A DNA stretch of 61,617 nt, filler included. It is 5 parts of 5 records of this genome, joined end to end, with 100 filler letters (N's around TTAATTAATTAA, not from the genome) between each part and the next. Parts side by side here need not be neighbours in the genome. Positions count along the whole stretch, not along the records: positions 25,717 to 47,601 come from SRR31156797_15792; 4 more parts are not named here. One strand, written 5' to 3'. A program made the position numbers and the translations under genes. A model generated the notes under the pieces. The model was not told the origin of the DNA. It saw only the letters and a list, made by a program, of their open reading frames with translations, and did no database searches. Positions 33,781 to 43,725 of the stretch are shown piece by piece. Within the stretch, counting starts at the first letter, position 1. Each line of letters opens with the position of its first letter.

Positions 33781-34965
33781 ATGTTTGAACGAAGCGACAT
33801 AAATATCCTTGAAAGCAGGGTGAAAGAACCCAGGCGATTTATCCATGTTGTAACAGGACCAAGACAGGTTGGTAAAACAACCATGGTGAAACAACTTGAA
33901 AATAAAATTAACATTCCAACAAATTATGTAACAGCAGATGGTATTACCGAAAATGGTAATATTTGGTTAAACAATATTTGGGAAACATCACGATTAAAAC
34001 TTCAAAATTCAGAGAATAACGAGTTCTTATTGATTATTGATGAAATTCAAAAAATTGATAATTGGAGTGAAGGTGTAAAGCGCTTATGGGATGAGGATTC
34101 TCTGAATGATATTCCGTTAAAAGTAATTTTGTTAGGTTCTTCGAGATTGCTAATTCAAAAAGGATTAACAGAATCTTTAGCAGGAAGGTTTGAAGTTATT
34201 TACTTAACGCACTGGTCATTCCAGGAAATGCATGATGCATTTGGTCATACTGAAGAAGATTATGTATTATTTGGTGGGTATCCGGGTGCTGCTCCTCTTA
34301 TAAGTGATCAAATCCGGTGGCGCAAATATATACGAGACTCATTGGTTGAAACCAGTATTTCAAAGGATATTTTAATGTTAACCCGGATTGATAAACCTGC
34401 TTTGTTAAGGAATTTATTCGATTTAGGATGCTTGCATTCAGGACAGATTCTATCATATACTAAGATAATTGGTCAATTACAGGATGCAGGCAATACAACA
34501 ACATTATCTCATTATCTTCAATTGCTTGAAACAGCAGGGTTAATTGCTGGTATAGAAAAATATTCAGGATCGATCGTGCGGAAAAGATCCAGTAGTCCAA
34601 AATTTCAAGTATTTAATAATGCATTATTGAATACTATTGCTCATGATGATCTCGATCAAGTGAAGATGCAGCCTGAAAAATGGGGAAGAGCTGTGGAGTC
34701 AGCTATTGGAAGTCATTTGATTAATATGGGTGTTAAAAATGATTTTAATGTTTACTACTGGCGTGACCGTGGACTAGAGGTTGACTATGTTCTTGAAAAA
34801 TATAAAAAAGTAATCGCAATTGAAGTTAAATCTTCTTTTGCTAAGAATTTAAAAGGTATTAATGCATTTCAGAATAAATATAAGCCTGATAAAACAATTA
34901 TTATCGATAACAATGGACTAACCTGGAAAGAGTTCCTTAGGATTAATCCTGTTGACTTATTTTAA
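33781..34965 (+). CDS. AAA_14 ATPase with DUF4143 (wHTH and PD-(D/E)xK-like) domain
   Basis: GPRQVGKTT, IIDEIQ, LGSS, ESLAGR, GGYP, YWRD...EVDYV...IAIEVK. Confidence 0.88.
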   Translation: MFERSDINILESRVKEPRRFIHVVTGPRQVGKTTMVKQLENKINIPTNYVTADGITENGNIWLNNIWETSRLKLQNSENNEFLLIIDEIQKIDNWSEGVKRLWDEDSLNDIPLKVILLGSSRLLIQKGLTESLAGRFEVIYLTHWSFQEMHDAFGHTEEDYVLFGGYPGAAPLISDQIRWRKYIRDSLVETSISKDILMLTRIDKPALLRNLFDLGCLHSGQILSYTKIIGQLQDAGNTTTLSHYLQLLETAGLIAGIEKYSGSIVRKRSSSPKFQVFNNALLNTIAHDDLDQVKMQPEKWGRAVESAIGSHLINMGVKNDFNVYYWRDRGLEVDYVLEKYKKVIAIEVKSSFAKNLKGINAFQNKYKPDKTIIIDNNGLTWKEFLRINPVDLF

Positions 34966-36120
34966 CCTCATCATTATCTCACTCAAAACTTTTATCCCGG
35001 TCTCAATAGCTTTCATGTCAGGTAAAAATTCCGGTGTATGCAATCCGGCACATTTTCCATTTTCGTCAGCGACTCCCAATCTGAAATAAGTAGAAGGAAT
35101 TGTTTGAGCGTAATAGCCGAAGTCATCAGCTGTCATTCTAAGAGGTAAATCAAAAACGCTTTCTTTTCCCAATGTGTTTTCGGCAATATTTCTGATGTTC
35201 TTTGTAATTAATTCATCATTTGCAATGGAAGGGTAACCGTGCCTGATAACCACTTCACACTCAGCACCCATGCTTTGTGCAGTGTGTGTAGCAATTTCTT
35301 TGACTTTATAATGTACTTTTTTACGCCATGTTTCATCCATAATGCGGAAAGTGCCTTCAAGCTTTACTTCTTTAGGAATGATATTCATTACACTATTGGT
35401 AATTACATTTCCAAAGCTCAAAACACCGGGTATTTCGGCTGGAATAAATCTGGAACGTATTTGTTGCAAGGCCACTAAAACATGAGCGGCCGTAATTACG
35501 GTGTCAACTGTTTTGTGAGGCATGGCTGCATGTCCACCGAGTCCCTTAATATGAATGTCAATTTCATCAGCTGAAGCCATGTAGGGGCCTTCCCTAAAAC
35601 CAACTTCGCCAGCTTTTATATCAGGGAAAGAATGCAGGGCGATCATTATTTCAGGTTTGTGCTTTTGAAAAAAGTCTGAGTTGATAACATCCAGAGCGCC
35701 ACCCGGGATTTTTTCTTCGGCATGTTGGAAAATGAAAAGAATATTGTGTTTGAGTCTATCTTTTATTTGAGAAAGTACCATGGCTGTACCTAGTGCACAA
35801 GTCATGTGTAAATCGTGACCACAAGCGTGCATGGCGCCTTCATTTTTTGAAGCAAAGCTGGCATTGGTTGCTTCTATTAAGGGCAATGCATCTAATTCTG
35901 CTCTCAAGCCAATTGTTTTTTGAGCATTTGGAACCTCAAGTAATCCATGTACAGCATTTTGAGGTAATTGATGAATTTCTAAATTCAAATTCTCCAGTTG
36001 CGATTTGATATATGCTGAGGTCTTTTGTTCCTCAAAAGATAACTCAGGGTGCGCATGCAAATACTTATAATATGATTCAATTTCTGGAAGCTTTTGAGAT
36101 ATAATTGTTTGGATGTCCAT
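34957..36120 (-). CDS. M20D-family amidohydrolase
   Basis: HAHPELSFEE, RAELDALP, MHACGHD, FQHAEE, GGHAAMPH, LHTPEF. Confidence 0.9.
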   Translation of the reverse strand: MDIQTIISQKLPEIESYYKYLHAHPELSFEEQKTSAYIKSQLENLNLEIHQLPQNAVHGLLEVPNAQKTIGLRAELDALPLIEATNASFASKNEGAMHACGHDLHMTCALGTAMVLSQIKDRLKHNILFIFQHAEEKIPGGALDVINSDFFQKHKPEIMIALHSFPDIKAGEVGFREGPYMASADEIDIHIKGLGGHAAMPHKTVDTVITAAHVLVALQQIRSRFIPAEIPGVLSFGNVITNSVMNIIPKEVKLEGTFRIMDETWRKKVHYKVKEIATHTAQSMGAECEVVIRHGYPSIANDELITKNIRNIAENTLGKESVFDLPLRMTADDFGYYAQTIPSTYFRLGVADENGKCAGLHTPEFLPDMKAIETGIKVLSEIMMRLK

Positions 36121-36201
36121 TGCTTTCAATACTAGGTTCAATACAAATGTAAGAAAACTTAGATTGTAAATCGCTAATTTTTAGATTTGTGTTTTTAATC
36201 G

Positions 36202-36400
36202 TTTCACGCAACGGTGCAGAGAATTTCGCTGCGAGCGCAACGAGTTATTATTCGCTGCGATCGCTGCGTGAATTATTTCCTTGCGCTCGTTGCGTGAAAT
36301 TTTATTGTGGGAATTTCAATGATTTAAACACATTTTTTTTGTCAAAGTGTTTTCGCTGCGTTTGTCGCGTAAAATTTTCGTTGCGCTCGCTGCGTGAAAT
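36202..36400. repeat. Cluster of REP-like repeats (TTCGYTGCGCTCGYTGCGTGAAA) in both orientations
   Basis: Forward copies near 36251, 36277, 36351 and 36376. Reverse-complement copies near 36202 and 36224. Confidence 0.7.
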
Positions 36401-36452
36401 AGTATTTTGGAACTAATTTTGATATTTTTGGTTTCACAAAAAAGAAAACATT

Positions 36453-36914
36453 ATGGATGCAAAAAAGAAACAAGGTAGATACGATAGAATATATGTGCAA
36501 TTAGAGAAACTAATGCAGACTTGCGATAATCCTGAGTCACGCATGAATACTATTGTTGCTGTGTTACATCATAAAATGGATTACTTTTTCTGGACGGGCT
36601 TTTACTTCCTGAATGATGATGAGTTGCAAGTTAAATTGTACCAGGGTCCGGTTGCGTGTATGCAGCTAGCTAAAAACACGGGTGTGTGTTGGGAGGGGGT
36701 AAATACAAAAGCTCCTGTTTTGGTGAAAAATGTAGAAGAATTTCCCGGACATATCGCCTGCGATAGCCGCTCCAAAAGCGAGGTTGTGCTGCCTTTATTT
36801 AATCCGCAAAATGAATTACTGGGAGTGCTTGATGTAGATAGCGACGAACTAAATTCTTTTGATGAGGTGGATGTGGAGAACTTAAAGAGAATACTGAGTT
36901 TGATTTGGATTTAA
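36453..36914 (+). CDS. GAF-domain protein (free methionine-R-sulfoxide reductase MsrC-like)
   Basis: WTGFY, YQGPVAC, GVCW, FPGHIACD..SKSEVVLP, VLDVDS. Confidence 0.85.
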   Translation: MDAKKKQGRYDRIYVQLEKLMQTCDNPESRMNTIVAVLHHKMDYFFWTGFYFLNDDELQVKLYQGPVACMQLAKNTGVCWEGVNTKAPVLVKNVEEFPGHIACDSRSKSEVVLPLFNPQNELLGVLDVDSDELNSFDEVDVENLKRILSLIWI

Positions 36915-36919
36915 AACAG

Positions 36920-37014
36920 AACCATTAAGAGATTGAGATTAGTTAAGAAGAGCAAACAATTTGCTTAATGAAACTTAACTTTTAATGCTGAGCTTGTCGA
37001 AGTACTTAATGGTT
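36920..37014. repeat. Palindromic intergenic element with an embedded REP-like unit
   Basis: Terminal inverted repeats AACCATTAAG/CTTAATGGTT with internal ATGCTGAGCTTGTCGAAGTA (36985-37004). Lies between convergent genes. Confidence 0.55.
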
Positions 37015-37025
37015 TATTTTAATGT

Positions 37026-37646
37026 TTAGAATATTTTAAACAAGAAGCTGGCGTAAATATAAAATCTGAGTATTCTGCTTATTCCAAAAATAACCAATTT
37101 CGGCATTGGGTACTTAACAAGTCCTGAGATCATACAAACAGCACTGTAAGGTAATGGCAATAGTGCAGCAACAATGATAAGTAAACCACCCCATTGTTTA
37201 AGTTTTTTCACGAACCCACCATATTTTCCTATTAGCCATTTTTCTACACGTTTTTTTCTTCCAAAATAATGACCAATCAGATAAGATAATATTCCCGCTA
37301 CATATGATACTACTCCAAGTAACGTAAGGTAAATAAAAGGATGACCAAATTTTTCAGACCAAATGATAAAAAAATCCGGGGGGATTAATCCTAAAAATGT
37401 TTCAGAAACCGCATACACTATCCAAACGCCTAAATGAGGTAATTCATGCAGCCAGATAACAATATCATCCCTAAAATCTTCAAAAATAAAATGCTCCAGG
37501 AAGAAAATTGCACCAATAATTCCACCTGCAATTAGCACAACTCTTAAAAAGTTGCGCAGAAAAAACCGGTAAAAACCGCTACTGCGAAAAAAACGGTGAT
37601 ATAATAAAAACCGCCTCCAATTCGATAATCTGGTTCGTTCTCTCAA
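37026..37646 (-). CDS. VTT/YqaA (DedA-like) membrane protein
   Basis: SETFLGLIPPDFF, AALLPLPY, RILRF, several TM segments. Confidence 0.75.
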   Translation of the reverse strand: MRERTRLSNWRRFLLYHRFFRSSGFYRFFLRNFLRVVLIAGGIIGAIFFLEHFIFEDFRDDIVIWLHELPHLGVWIVYAVSETFLGLIPPDFFIIWSEKFGHPFIYLTLLGVVSYVAGILSYLIGHYFGRKKRVEKWLIGKYGGFVKKLKQWGGLLIIVAALLPLPYSAVCMISGLVKYPMPKLVIFGISRILRFYIYASFLFKIF

Positions 37647-37854
37647 TGCTTAGTTGGGTATAATCTAAATAAAAATGTTACGTGCATCAATTTGTAAAAA
37701 AATGACCTGCAAATTTAATGCACTTTTTTAATCAATTAATGATAAACAAAAAAAAGACCATTCAGTTTTACTGCCACCCCGAAACTACGAAATACCCGTA
37801 TCATTTCCATGATTATGTGTAAATTTGGCTAAACGTTAACAATTAAGGTGGTAT

Positions 37855-39180
37855 ATGGATTTACTATTCCCAATAATTCTATCAATAATTACGCTGATAT
37901 CAATAGCCGTAGCTTTATATTTTTATTTGTCGAAGAAGAAAAATGATCAGTCTTTTAATGAACTTCAACTGGCATTAAATACAGCTCAAACAAACCTGCA
38001 AAGCCTAACTGCCGAAAATAATGAGCTAGAAAGAAAATATGATGCATTACAAAATGAACATGTTGACACCATTGCTGAGATTTCTGCCCAGAATGAAGCT
38101 ATCAAGCACATGAAAATTCAGATTGCTGAAAAGGAAGAGGAAATCAAAAATATACAAACCCAACTTAGAGAAGAGTTTAAAAACTTAAGCAACGAGATTT
38201 TAAAAAAGAGTACGGAATCATTATCTGAAACTAATAAAAAATCCATGGATGAAATGGTTCAGCCATTGAAAGAAAGAATAGATCAGTATAGCCAATTAAT
38301 TAACCGCTTTCGTGAATCTGATGTGAAAGAGAGAAGTGTGTTATCTACTGAAATTAAGCAACTGCATCAACTTAATCAGCAATTAAGTAAAGATGCTCAA
38401 AATTTGGCCGGTGCATTGAAGGCTGATACTAAAATGCAAGGCAACTGGGGAGAAGTTGTTCTAGATCGTGTGTTGGAAAAATCCGGACTAGAAATTAATA
38501 TAACATACAAGAAACAGGTTTCTACACAAATTGGCGAGAATCGCATTCAACCTGATGTGGTGGTTTTTTTACCTGAAGGTCGACATTTAATTATCGATTC
38601 AAAAGTATCACTTAAATCTTTCGAAAAATATGTGAACGGTGAGAGCGTTGAAGTGCAAAATGAAGCATTAACAGAACACATTAACTCCATCAAAACGCAT
38701 ATTAAAACTTTAGCCTCCAAGCGCTATGATGAGGGGGAGGGATTGAACTCGCCTGATTTTATTTTTCTTTTTATGCCCATGGAGAATGCCTTGTCAATCG
38801 CATTGCAACATGATGATTCAATTCAAAACTTAGCCTGGGATCAAAAAATTGTATTGGTTACACCGGCAACGTTGATGGCGACATTAATGACTGTAGCCAA
38901 TCTATGGAAAATAGATAAGCAATATAAGTATGCAGAGACTATTGCTGAGGAAACCGGCAAACTATATGACAAGTTTGTAAATTTTCTCGAAAGTGTGAAT
39001 GAAGTCGGGCACAAACTGGATGGGGCAAAGCAAAGTCACGAAAATATGGTTAAACAATTAGCGGAAGGGAAGGGTAATTTAGTGAGTCGTGCTGAAAAGA
39101 TAAAAGACATGGGAATTGCCCATAAAAAATCGTTACCTTCAAATTTTAAAAAGCTTACAGACAATAATAAATCTAACTAA
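37855..39180 (+). CDS. rmuC: DNA recombination protein RmuC
   Basis: N-terminal TM and coiled coil, QGNWGE, QPDVVV, IIDSKVSL, LVTPATL, LYDKF. Confidence 0.93.
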   Translation: MDLLFPIILSIITLISIAVALYFYLSKKKNDQSFNELQLALNTAQTNLQSLTAENNELERKYDALQNEHVDTIAEISAQNEAIKHMKIQIAEKEEEIKNIQTQLREEFKNLSNEILKKSTESLSETNKKSMDEMVQPLKERIDQYSQLINRFRESDVKERSVLSTEIKQLHQLNQQLSKDAQNLAGALKADTKMQGNWGEVVLDRVLEKSGLEINITYKKQVSTQIGENRIQPDVVVFLPEGRHLIIDSKVSLKSFEKYVNGESVEVQNEALTEHINSIKTHIKTLASKRYDEGEGLNSPDFIFLFMPMENALSIALQHDDSIQNLAWDQKIVLVTPATLMATLMTVANLWKIDKQYKYAETIAEETGKLYDKFVNFLESVNEVGHKLDGAKQSHENMVKQLAEGKGNLVSRAEKIKDMGIAHKKSLPSNFKKLTDNNKSN

Positions 39181-39181
39181 T

Positions 39182-41773
39182 ATGAGAAATCTTATACTTT
39201 TCGTTCTTGTCCTTTTGTGGTTTTCCGGTAATGCACAGATATCAACTTACCTGGAGCAGATTATCAATGAAAGCCCTGATAAGAAAATTCCGGTTGTGGT
39301 GATCCTCAATAATCAATGGAAAGCAGATTCTGCAATGAAAGCGATGAAAATTCAGAAATTGACAGCTTCAGAGCGAATTCGAACTACTGTGAAATCTGTG
39401 AAGGCATTTACATCAAAGTCTCAAAAAGCAATTTTAGCTGATCTGGACAATATGAAAAATCAATTTGAATTTGAGTACATAAAACCGTTCTGGGCGGCCA
39501 ACATTATTGCATTAAAAACTACTCCTGATGCTATTTATGCGTTAGCATCACATAAAGATTTGATGGAAATTGTGTATGATGAACCGGGATTTGCCACCTA
39601 CCCTGATGAAAAAGTAGAATTTAATGGGGCCAGGCCTGATGAGGCCGAGCAAGGGTTAATTGCCATTAATGCACCATTTTTATGGTCTCTTGGGTATACT
39701 GGTAAAGGTAGAATTGCCATGGGAATTGATACGGGAATTTTCCCTGATCACCCGGCATTTGAGAACCGATTTCTTGGGAATTACTTACCGCTAAGTCAAT
39801 GCTGGTTTGGTTTTAATAATACGTGGCCTTTTGATATATCAGACCATGGAACACATACTATGGGTACAACCGTGGGATTTATGTCCAGACTTAATGATAC
39901 AATTGGTGTAGCATTTGATGCTTATTTTATCGCGGCTGATCCCATTGTAAGTAATTTAAGTGAATTACGACCCAGGTCAGAGCTAATGGAATCATTTCAA
40001 TGGGCGTTAAACCCTGATGGAGATGAAAATACCGTTACTGATGTGCCTGATGCTATTAATAATTCATGGGGATTATCAAACACAGGAAATCCGGATAATT
40101 GCGAGATGCCTGCCACACTTGTATTAAATACAGTTGAAGCAGCCGGGATCGCTGTGATATTTTCTGCTGGAAATGATGGCCCGGATGGCGGAACGATTGG
40201 AGAGCCGGCACATATTGCCCGGTCAACAACAAATGTTTTTAGCGTAGGAGCAATAAATGGTGGAACCCTTGGTATTACAGGCTTCTCAAGCAACGGCCCA
40301 ACTAATTGCTATGATGGTCCCGATACTTCTTTACACATAAAGCCGGAAGTAGTAGCACCAGGTGATGGCGTTTATTCAGCTGTTCCACCAGATAATTATG
40401 GGTCGATGAGTGGGACCTCTATGGCGGCTCCACACGTTACTGGTGCTGTGGTTTTATTGAAAGAGGCTTTCCCCGAAGTTTCCGGAGATGAAATATTAAT
40501 GGCGCTTTATAATACTGCAACTGATTTGGGGGATGCAGGTGAAGATAACACCTATGGAAATGGATTAATTGATCTTGAAGCTGCATACAATTATTTATCT
40601 GCATCGCATACGCCTACTCCACCTTTAACAGATTATGTTGATCCGTATGTTGTTTTGCCACAAAAGCAGTTCGTTGGACCAAAAACAAGCTACAGCATTT
40701 CAATGGAGATTGTTACGGCGGATTCCTCTGATTTTAGCATTACCAATTTAAGCTTGATTTATAATGGGAGTGCACTAACATTTGACTCATCAATGATTGA
40801 TTCAGTTTATAAAAAAGTTGTAACCATACAATTGGATCCTACTCATTTAGAGGAGACTGTATACACACACAAGATTTATGGTTCTATTGAAACTGATGGG
40901 GAGAATGATGATACTATTAACAATCAATTTTGGTTTGAGATATACCATCCTGAAGTGAAAACGATACCATATACAGAAACCTTTGAGAATGGGGAATACG
41001 ATTTTTTAAATACCTCTGTATTTTCAGAAAATCCGGACAAATTCATAACGTGGAAAGTAGATACTATTGATGGTTTTGCAAATAATGCCAAAGCTGCTAA
41101 AATGATGTTTGTAAAGTACAGACAACTGGAAGGAGCCCGGGATATTATGCATTTCCCACCTGTAGATATTGCATTAGCAGACGAACCTAATTTCTCTTTT
41201 AAATATTGCTATGCAAAAAGGGCGTTCAGTATTTATAAAGATACATTATTGGTGTTGGCAAGATATGGTGAAAATTATGCAGAGAAAGATACTTTGTACT
41301 TAAATTATGGAGAGCCAATGGCCACAATGGATCAGAATTATAATACATTCAATTTTGTGCCTACATCTTCTCAGCAGTGGAGAGATACAACTATTTCAAT
41401 TACTCATCTTCAAAGTTATGGGAATATCAAATTAGAGTTTGTTGCTATTAATGATAACGGTAATAATTTATGGATAGATAATGTGGCTATTCATGAAGGA
41501 GAAAATCCTTTGAGTAATTCTGATATTATTTTAGAAGAAGTGAATGTGAGCATATATCCAAATCCAGCCCAAACGCATGTATTTATTAAATCAGAAGGTC
41601 AAAGTGGAATCGTTTCATTGATTAACTTAAGTGGTCAAACTCTTTCTACATATCAACATCAGGTTAATGAGGGTATACTAAAAATCTCATTAGTGGATTT
41701 ACCTAAAGGAATATATCTAATAAAGTTTGCAGGGAGTAAGTCAAGTTTGACTCAAAAATTGATTAAATATTGA
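39182..41773 (+). CDS. S8 subtilase with T9SS type A sorting domain
   Basis: Catalytic triad IDTG / HGTHTMG / GTSMAAPH. C-terminal IYPNP...GIYLIK...KLIK. Confidence 0.92.
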   Translation: MRNLILFVLVLLWFSGNAQISTYLEQIINESPDKKIPVVVILNNQWKADSAMKAMKIQKLTASERIRTTVKSVKAFTSKSQKAILADLDNMKNQFEFEYIKPFWAANIIALKTTPDAIYALASHKDLMEIVYDEPGFATYPDEKVEFNGARPDEAEQGLIAINAPFLWSLGYTGKGRIAMGIDTGIFPDHPAFENRFLGNYLPLSQCWFGFNNTWPFDISDHGTHTMGTTVGFMSRLNDTIGVAFDAYFIAADPIVSNLSELRPRSELMESFQWALNPDGDENTVTDVPDAINNSWGLSNTGNPDNCEMPATLVLNTVEAAGIAVIFSAGNDGPDGGTIGEPAHIARSTTNVFSVGAINGGTLGITGFSSNGPTNCYDGPDTSLHIKPEVVAPGDGVYSAVPPDNYGSMSGTSMAAPHVTGAVVLLKEAFPEVSGDEILMALYNTATDLGDAGEDNTYGNGLIDLEAAYNYLSASHTPTPPLTDYVDPYVVLPQKQFVGPKTSYSISMEIVTADSSDFSITNLSLIYNGSALTFDSSMIDSVYKKVVTIQLDPTHLEETVYTHKIYGSIETDGENDDTINNQFWFEIYHPEVKTIPYTETFENGEYDFLNTSVFSENPDKFITWKVDTIDGFANNAKAAKMMFVKYRQLEGARDIMHFPPVDIALADEPNFSFKYCYAKRAFSIYKDTLLVLARYGENYAEKDTLYLNYGEPMATMDQNYNTFNFVPTSSQQWRDTTISITHLQSYGNIKLEFVAINDNGNNLWIDNVAIHEGENPLSNSDIILEEVNVSIYPNPAQTHVFIKSEGQSGIVSLINLSGQTLSTYQHQVNEGILKISLVDLPKGIYLIKFAGSKSSLTQKLIKY

Positions 41774-42972
41774 TAAAGAAAACAATAAAAATATTTACTG
41801 CTTTTGCAGTTATAACTCTTTTTGTAGCATGTGGCCAATATTATCAGCGTATAAGCGAACGTAATTTTGCCCACATTTATGACCCCATGCTTACAGATAT
41901 TCACCCGGTAAGTAAATTATTGAGGGTCAAGCCTGATTCGTCGGTGTTGTTCTTAAGGATTCCTGTTAACGACATCACTTTTCCCGAATTTAGGAGAAGG
42001 GAGGATCAGGTTGCAGGCGTTAAAATAGAATATTTTTTGGTGGATAGTACAGGTGCTCAGATGTGGCGGGATAGTAGCTCAGTTACGTTTTTTAAACCGC
42101 AAAAGCCTGCAACCAATTATATGCAGTTTCAGCTGGGCATAAAACATCATCCTGATAGTACACGGTTTTTGGAATATCGAATTAAGGACATACTGTCGGG
42201 AGCTGAAACCAATGACGTTGTGAGAATTTTGCCCGATACTAAAAACAATAATCAAAGATTTGGAGCGTACTTCAATGATGCTTCATACCCTTTAATCAGG
42301 CATTTTGCGGGAATTAATGATTCAATAAGGATTTCGCATACGGAGCATAACGATAGTTTGTGGGTTTTCCACCTTACATATAATCGATATGATTCTTTGC
42401 CATTTGACTTTTATGAAAAACAGTCAATGGATGATTTTTTAACATTCAATGATTATGGATCATATGTAATTAGCGTAGATAGCTCATTAAATGGTGGTCT
42501 GCGTTATTTTGTTGGGGAAAAGGAATTTCCAATGATACGACATGCAGAGCAGATGCTTTATCCACTGCGTATGTTAGTGAATGCCAGAGAATGGTCAAAA
42601 CTAAACCAATTGCCACCTAAAAATGCAGTTGACACTTTTTGGTTGGTTGCCGCTCCGAATACAGAGGCCGCCCGCCAGTTGATACAAGTTTTCTATAATC
42701 GGGTACAGCTGGCCAATATCAAATTTAGTAATCACAGAGAAGGATGGAAAACGGCGATGGGCAAAACTCTTATAATTAGCGGATTGCCTGATGAGGTTGA
42801 ATATACAGATTCGGGTCAGTGCTGGTATTATTTCATTGAAAAAAACGAAAAATTACAATTACCATTTGTGTATGACTCAGAATTAGATGAACATCATTTA
42901 AGAAGAAATGATACATTATTGAATAAATTTATGCTATTTCACATTAACGGATGGCGAAAGGGTAAATATTAA
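41770..42972 (+). CDS. GWxTD-domain lipoprotein (variant motif GWKTA)
   Basis: Lipobox-like VAC, FYNRVQLAN..F...EGWKTAMG...GLPD. Upstream of rlmB. Confidence 0.7.
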   Translation: MIKKTIKIFTAFAVITLFVACGQYYQRISERNFAHIYDPMLTDIHPVSKLLRVKPDSSVLFLRIPVNDITFPEFRRREDQVAGVKIEYFLVDSTGAQMWRDSSSVTFFKPQKPATNYMQFQLGIKHHPDSTRFLEYRIKDILSGAETNDVVRILPDTKNNNQRFGAYFNDASYPLIRHFAGINDSIRISHTEHNDSLWVFHLTYNRYDSLPFDFYEKQSMDDFLTFNDYGSYVISVDSSLNGGLRYFVGEKEFPMIRHAEQMLYPLRMLVNAREWSKLNQLPPKNAVDTFWLVAAPNTEAARQLIQVFYNRVQLANIKFSNHREGWKTAMGKTLIISGLPDEVEYTDSGQCWYYFIEKNEKLQLPFVYDSELDEHHLRRNDTLLNKFMLFHINGWRKGKY

Positions 42973-42981
42973 AATAAAAAT

Positions 42982-43725
42982 ATGAAACAAGATACAGATT
43001 TTATTTTCGGACTGCGAGCGGTGGAAGAAGCCCTTAAAAGTGGACAACATTGCGATAAAGTTTTACTAAGAAAAGGAATGGGTGGCGATACCATTGATTT
43101 AATCAAAGAAATGATGCGCGACCATCGCATTCCGTTACAACAAGTTCCGGATGCAAAGCTCAATAGGATAACACGTAAAAATCATCAGGGAATAATAGCC
43201 TTGATGTCACCAATTCCATTCCAGCAAGTCGAAAGTGTGATAATGGATGTTTTTGAGCGTGGAGAGGAACCATTTTTCTTAATGCTTGATGAGGTAACTG
43301 ATGTAAGAAACTTTGGGGCGATTGTCCGTACAGCAGAATGTGCCGGAGCACATGGAGTTATCATACCACAGAAAGGTTCAGCCCGTATTGGCGGAGATGC
43401 TGTAAAAACATCAGCAGGAGCGCTTTACAATATTCCTGTCTGCAGAACGCCCAATCTTAAAAAAACAGCCTTGTACTTGAAAGATAGTGGGTTGAAAACC
43501 ATTGCTGCCACAGAGAAAACAGATAATTTCTATTTTCAAAGTGATTTATCAGGGCCTGTTTTATTGATAATGGGAGCCGAAGATAAAGGCATTAGCAATC
43601 AGCTTCTTGAAGTGGTTGATGTGAAAGCTGCGTTGCCAGTAAATGGCAAAATAGCGTCATTAAATGTGTCAAATGCAGCATCAGTATTAATATATGATAT
43701 CATAAGACAGCGCATGCAAAAGTGA
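42982..43725 (+). CDS. rlmB: 23S rRNA G2251 2'-O-methyltransferase
   Basis: NHQG, DVRNFGAIVRTA, KTSAGA, MGAEDKG, SLNVS. Confidence 0.95.
   Translation: MKQDTDFIFGLRAVEEALKSGQHCDKVLLRKGMGGDTIDLIKEMMRDHRIPLQQVPDAKLNRITRKNHQGIIALMSPIPFQQVESVIMDVFERGEEPFFLMLDEVTDVRNFGAIVRTAECAGAHGVIIPQKGSARIGGDAVKTSAGALYNIPVCRTPNLKKTALYLKDSGLKTIAATEKTDNFYFQSDLSGPVLLIMGAEDKGISNQLLEVVDVKAALPVNGKIASLNVSNAASVLIYDIIRQRMQK

Noticed and set aside
36202-36400. CRISPR array
   Set aside because: Repeats are degenerate, in mixed orientation and mostly abutting, with no regular spacers and no cas genes.
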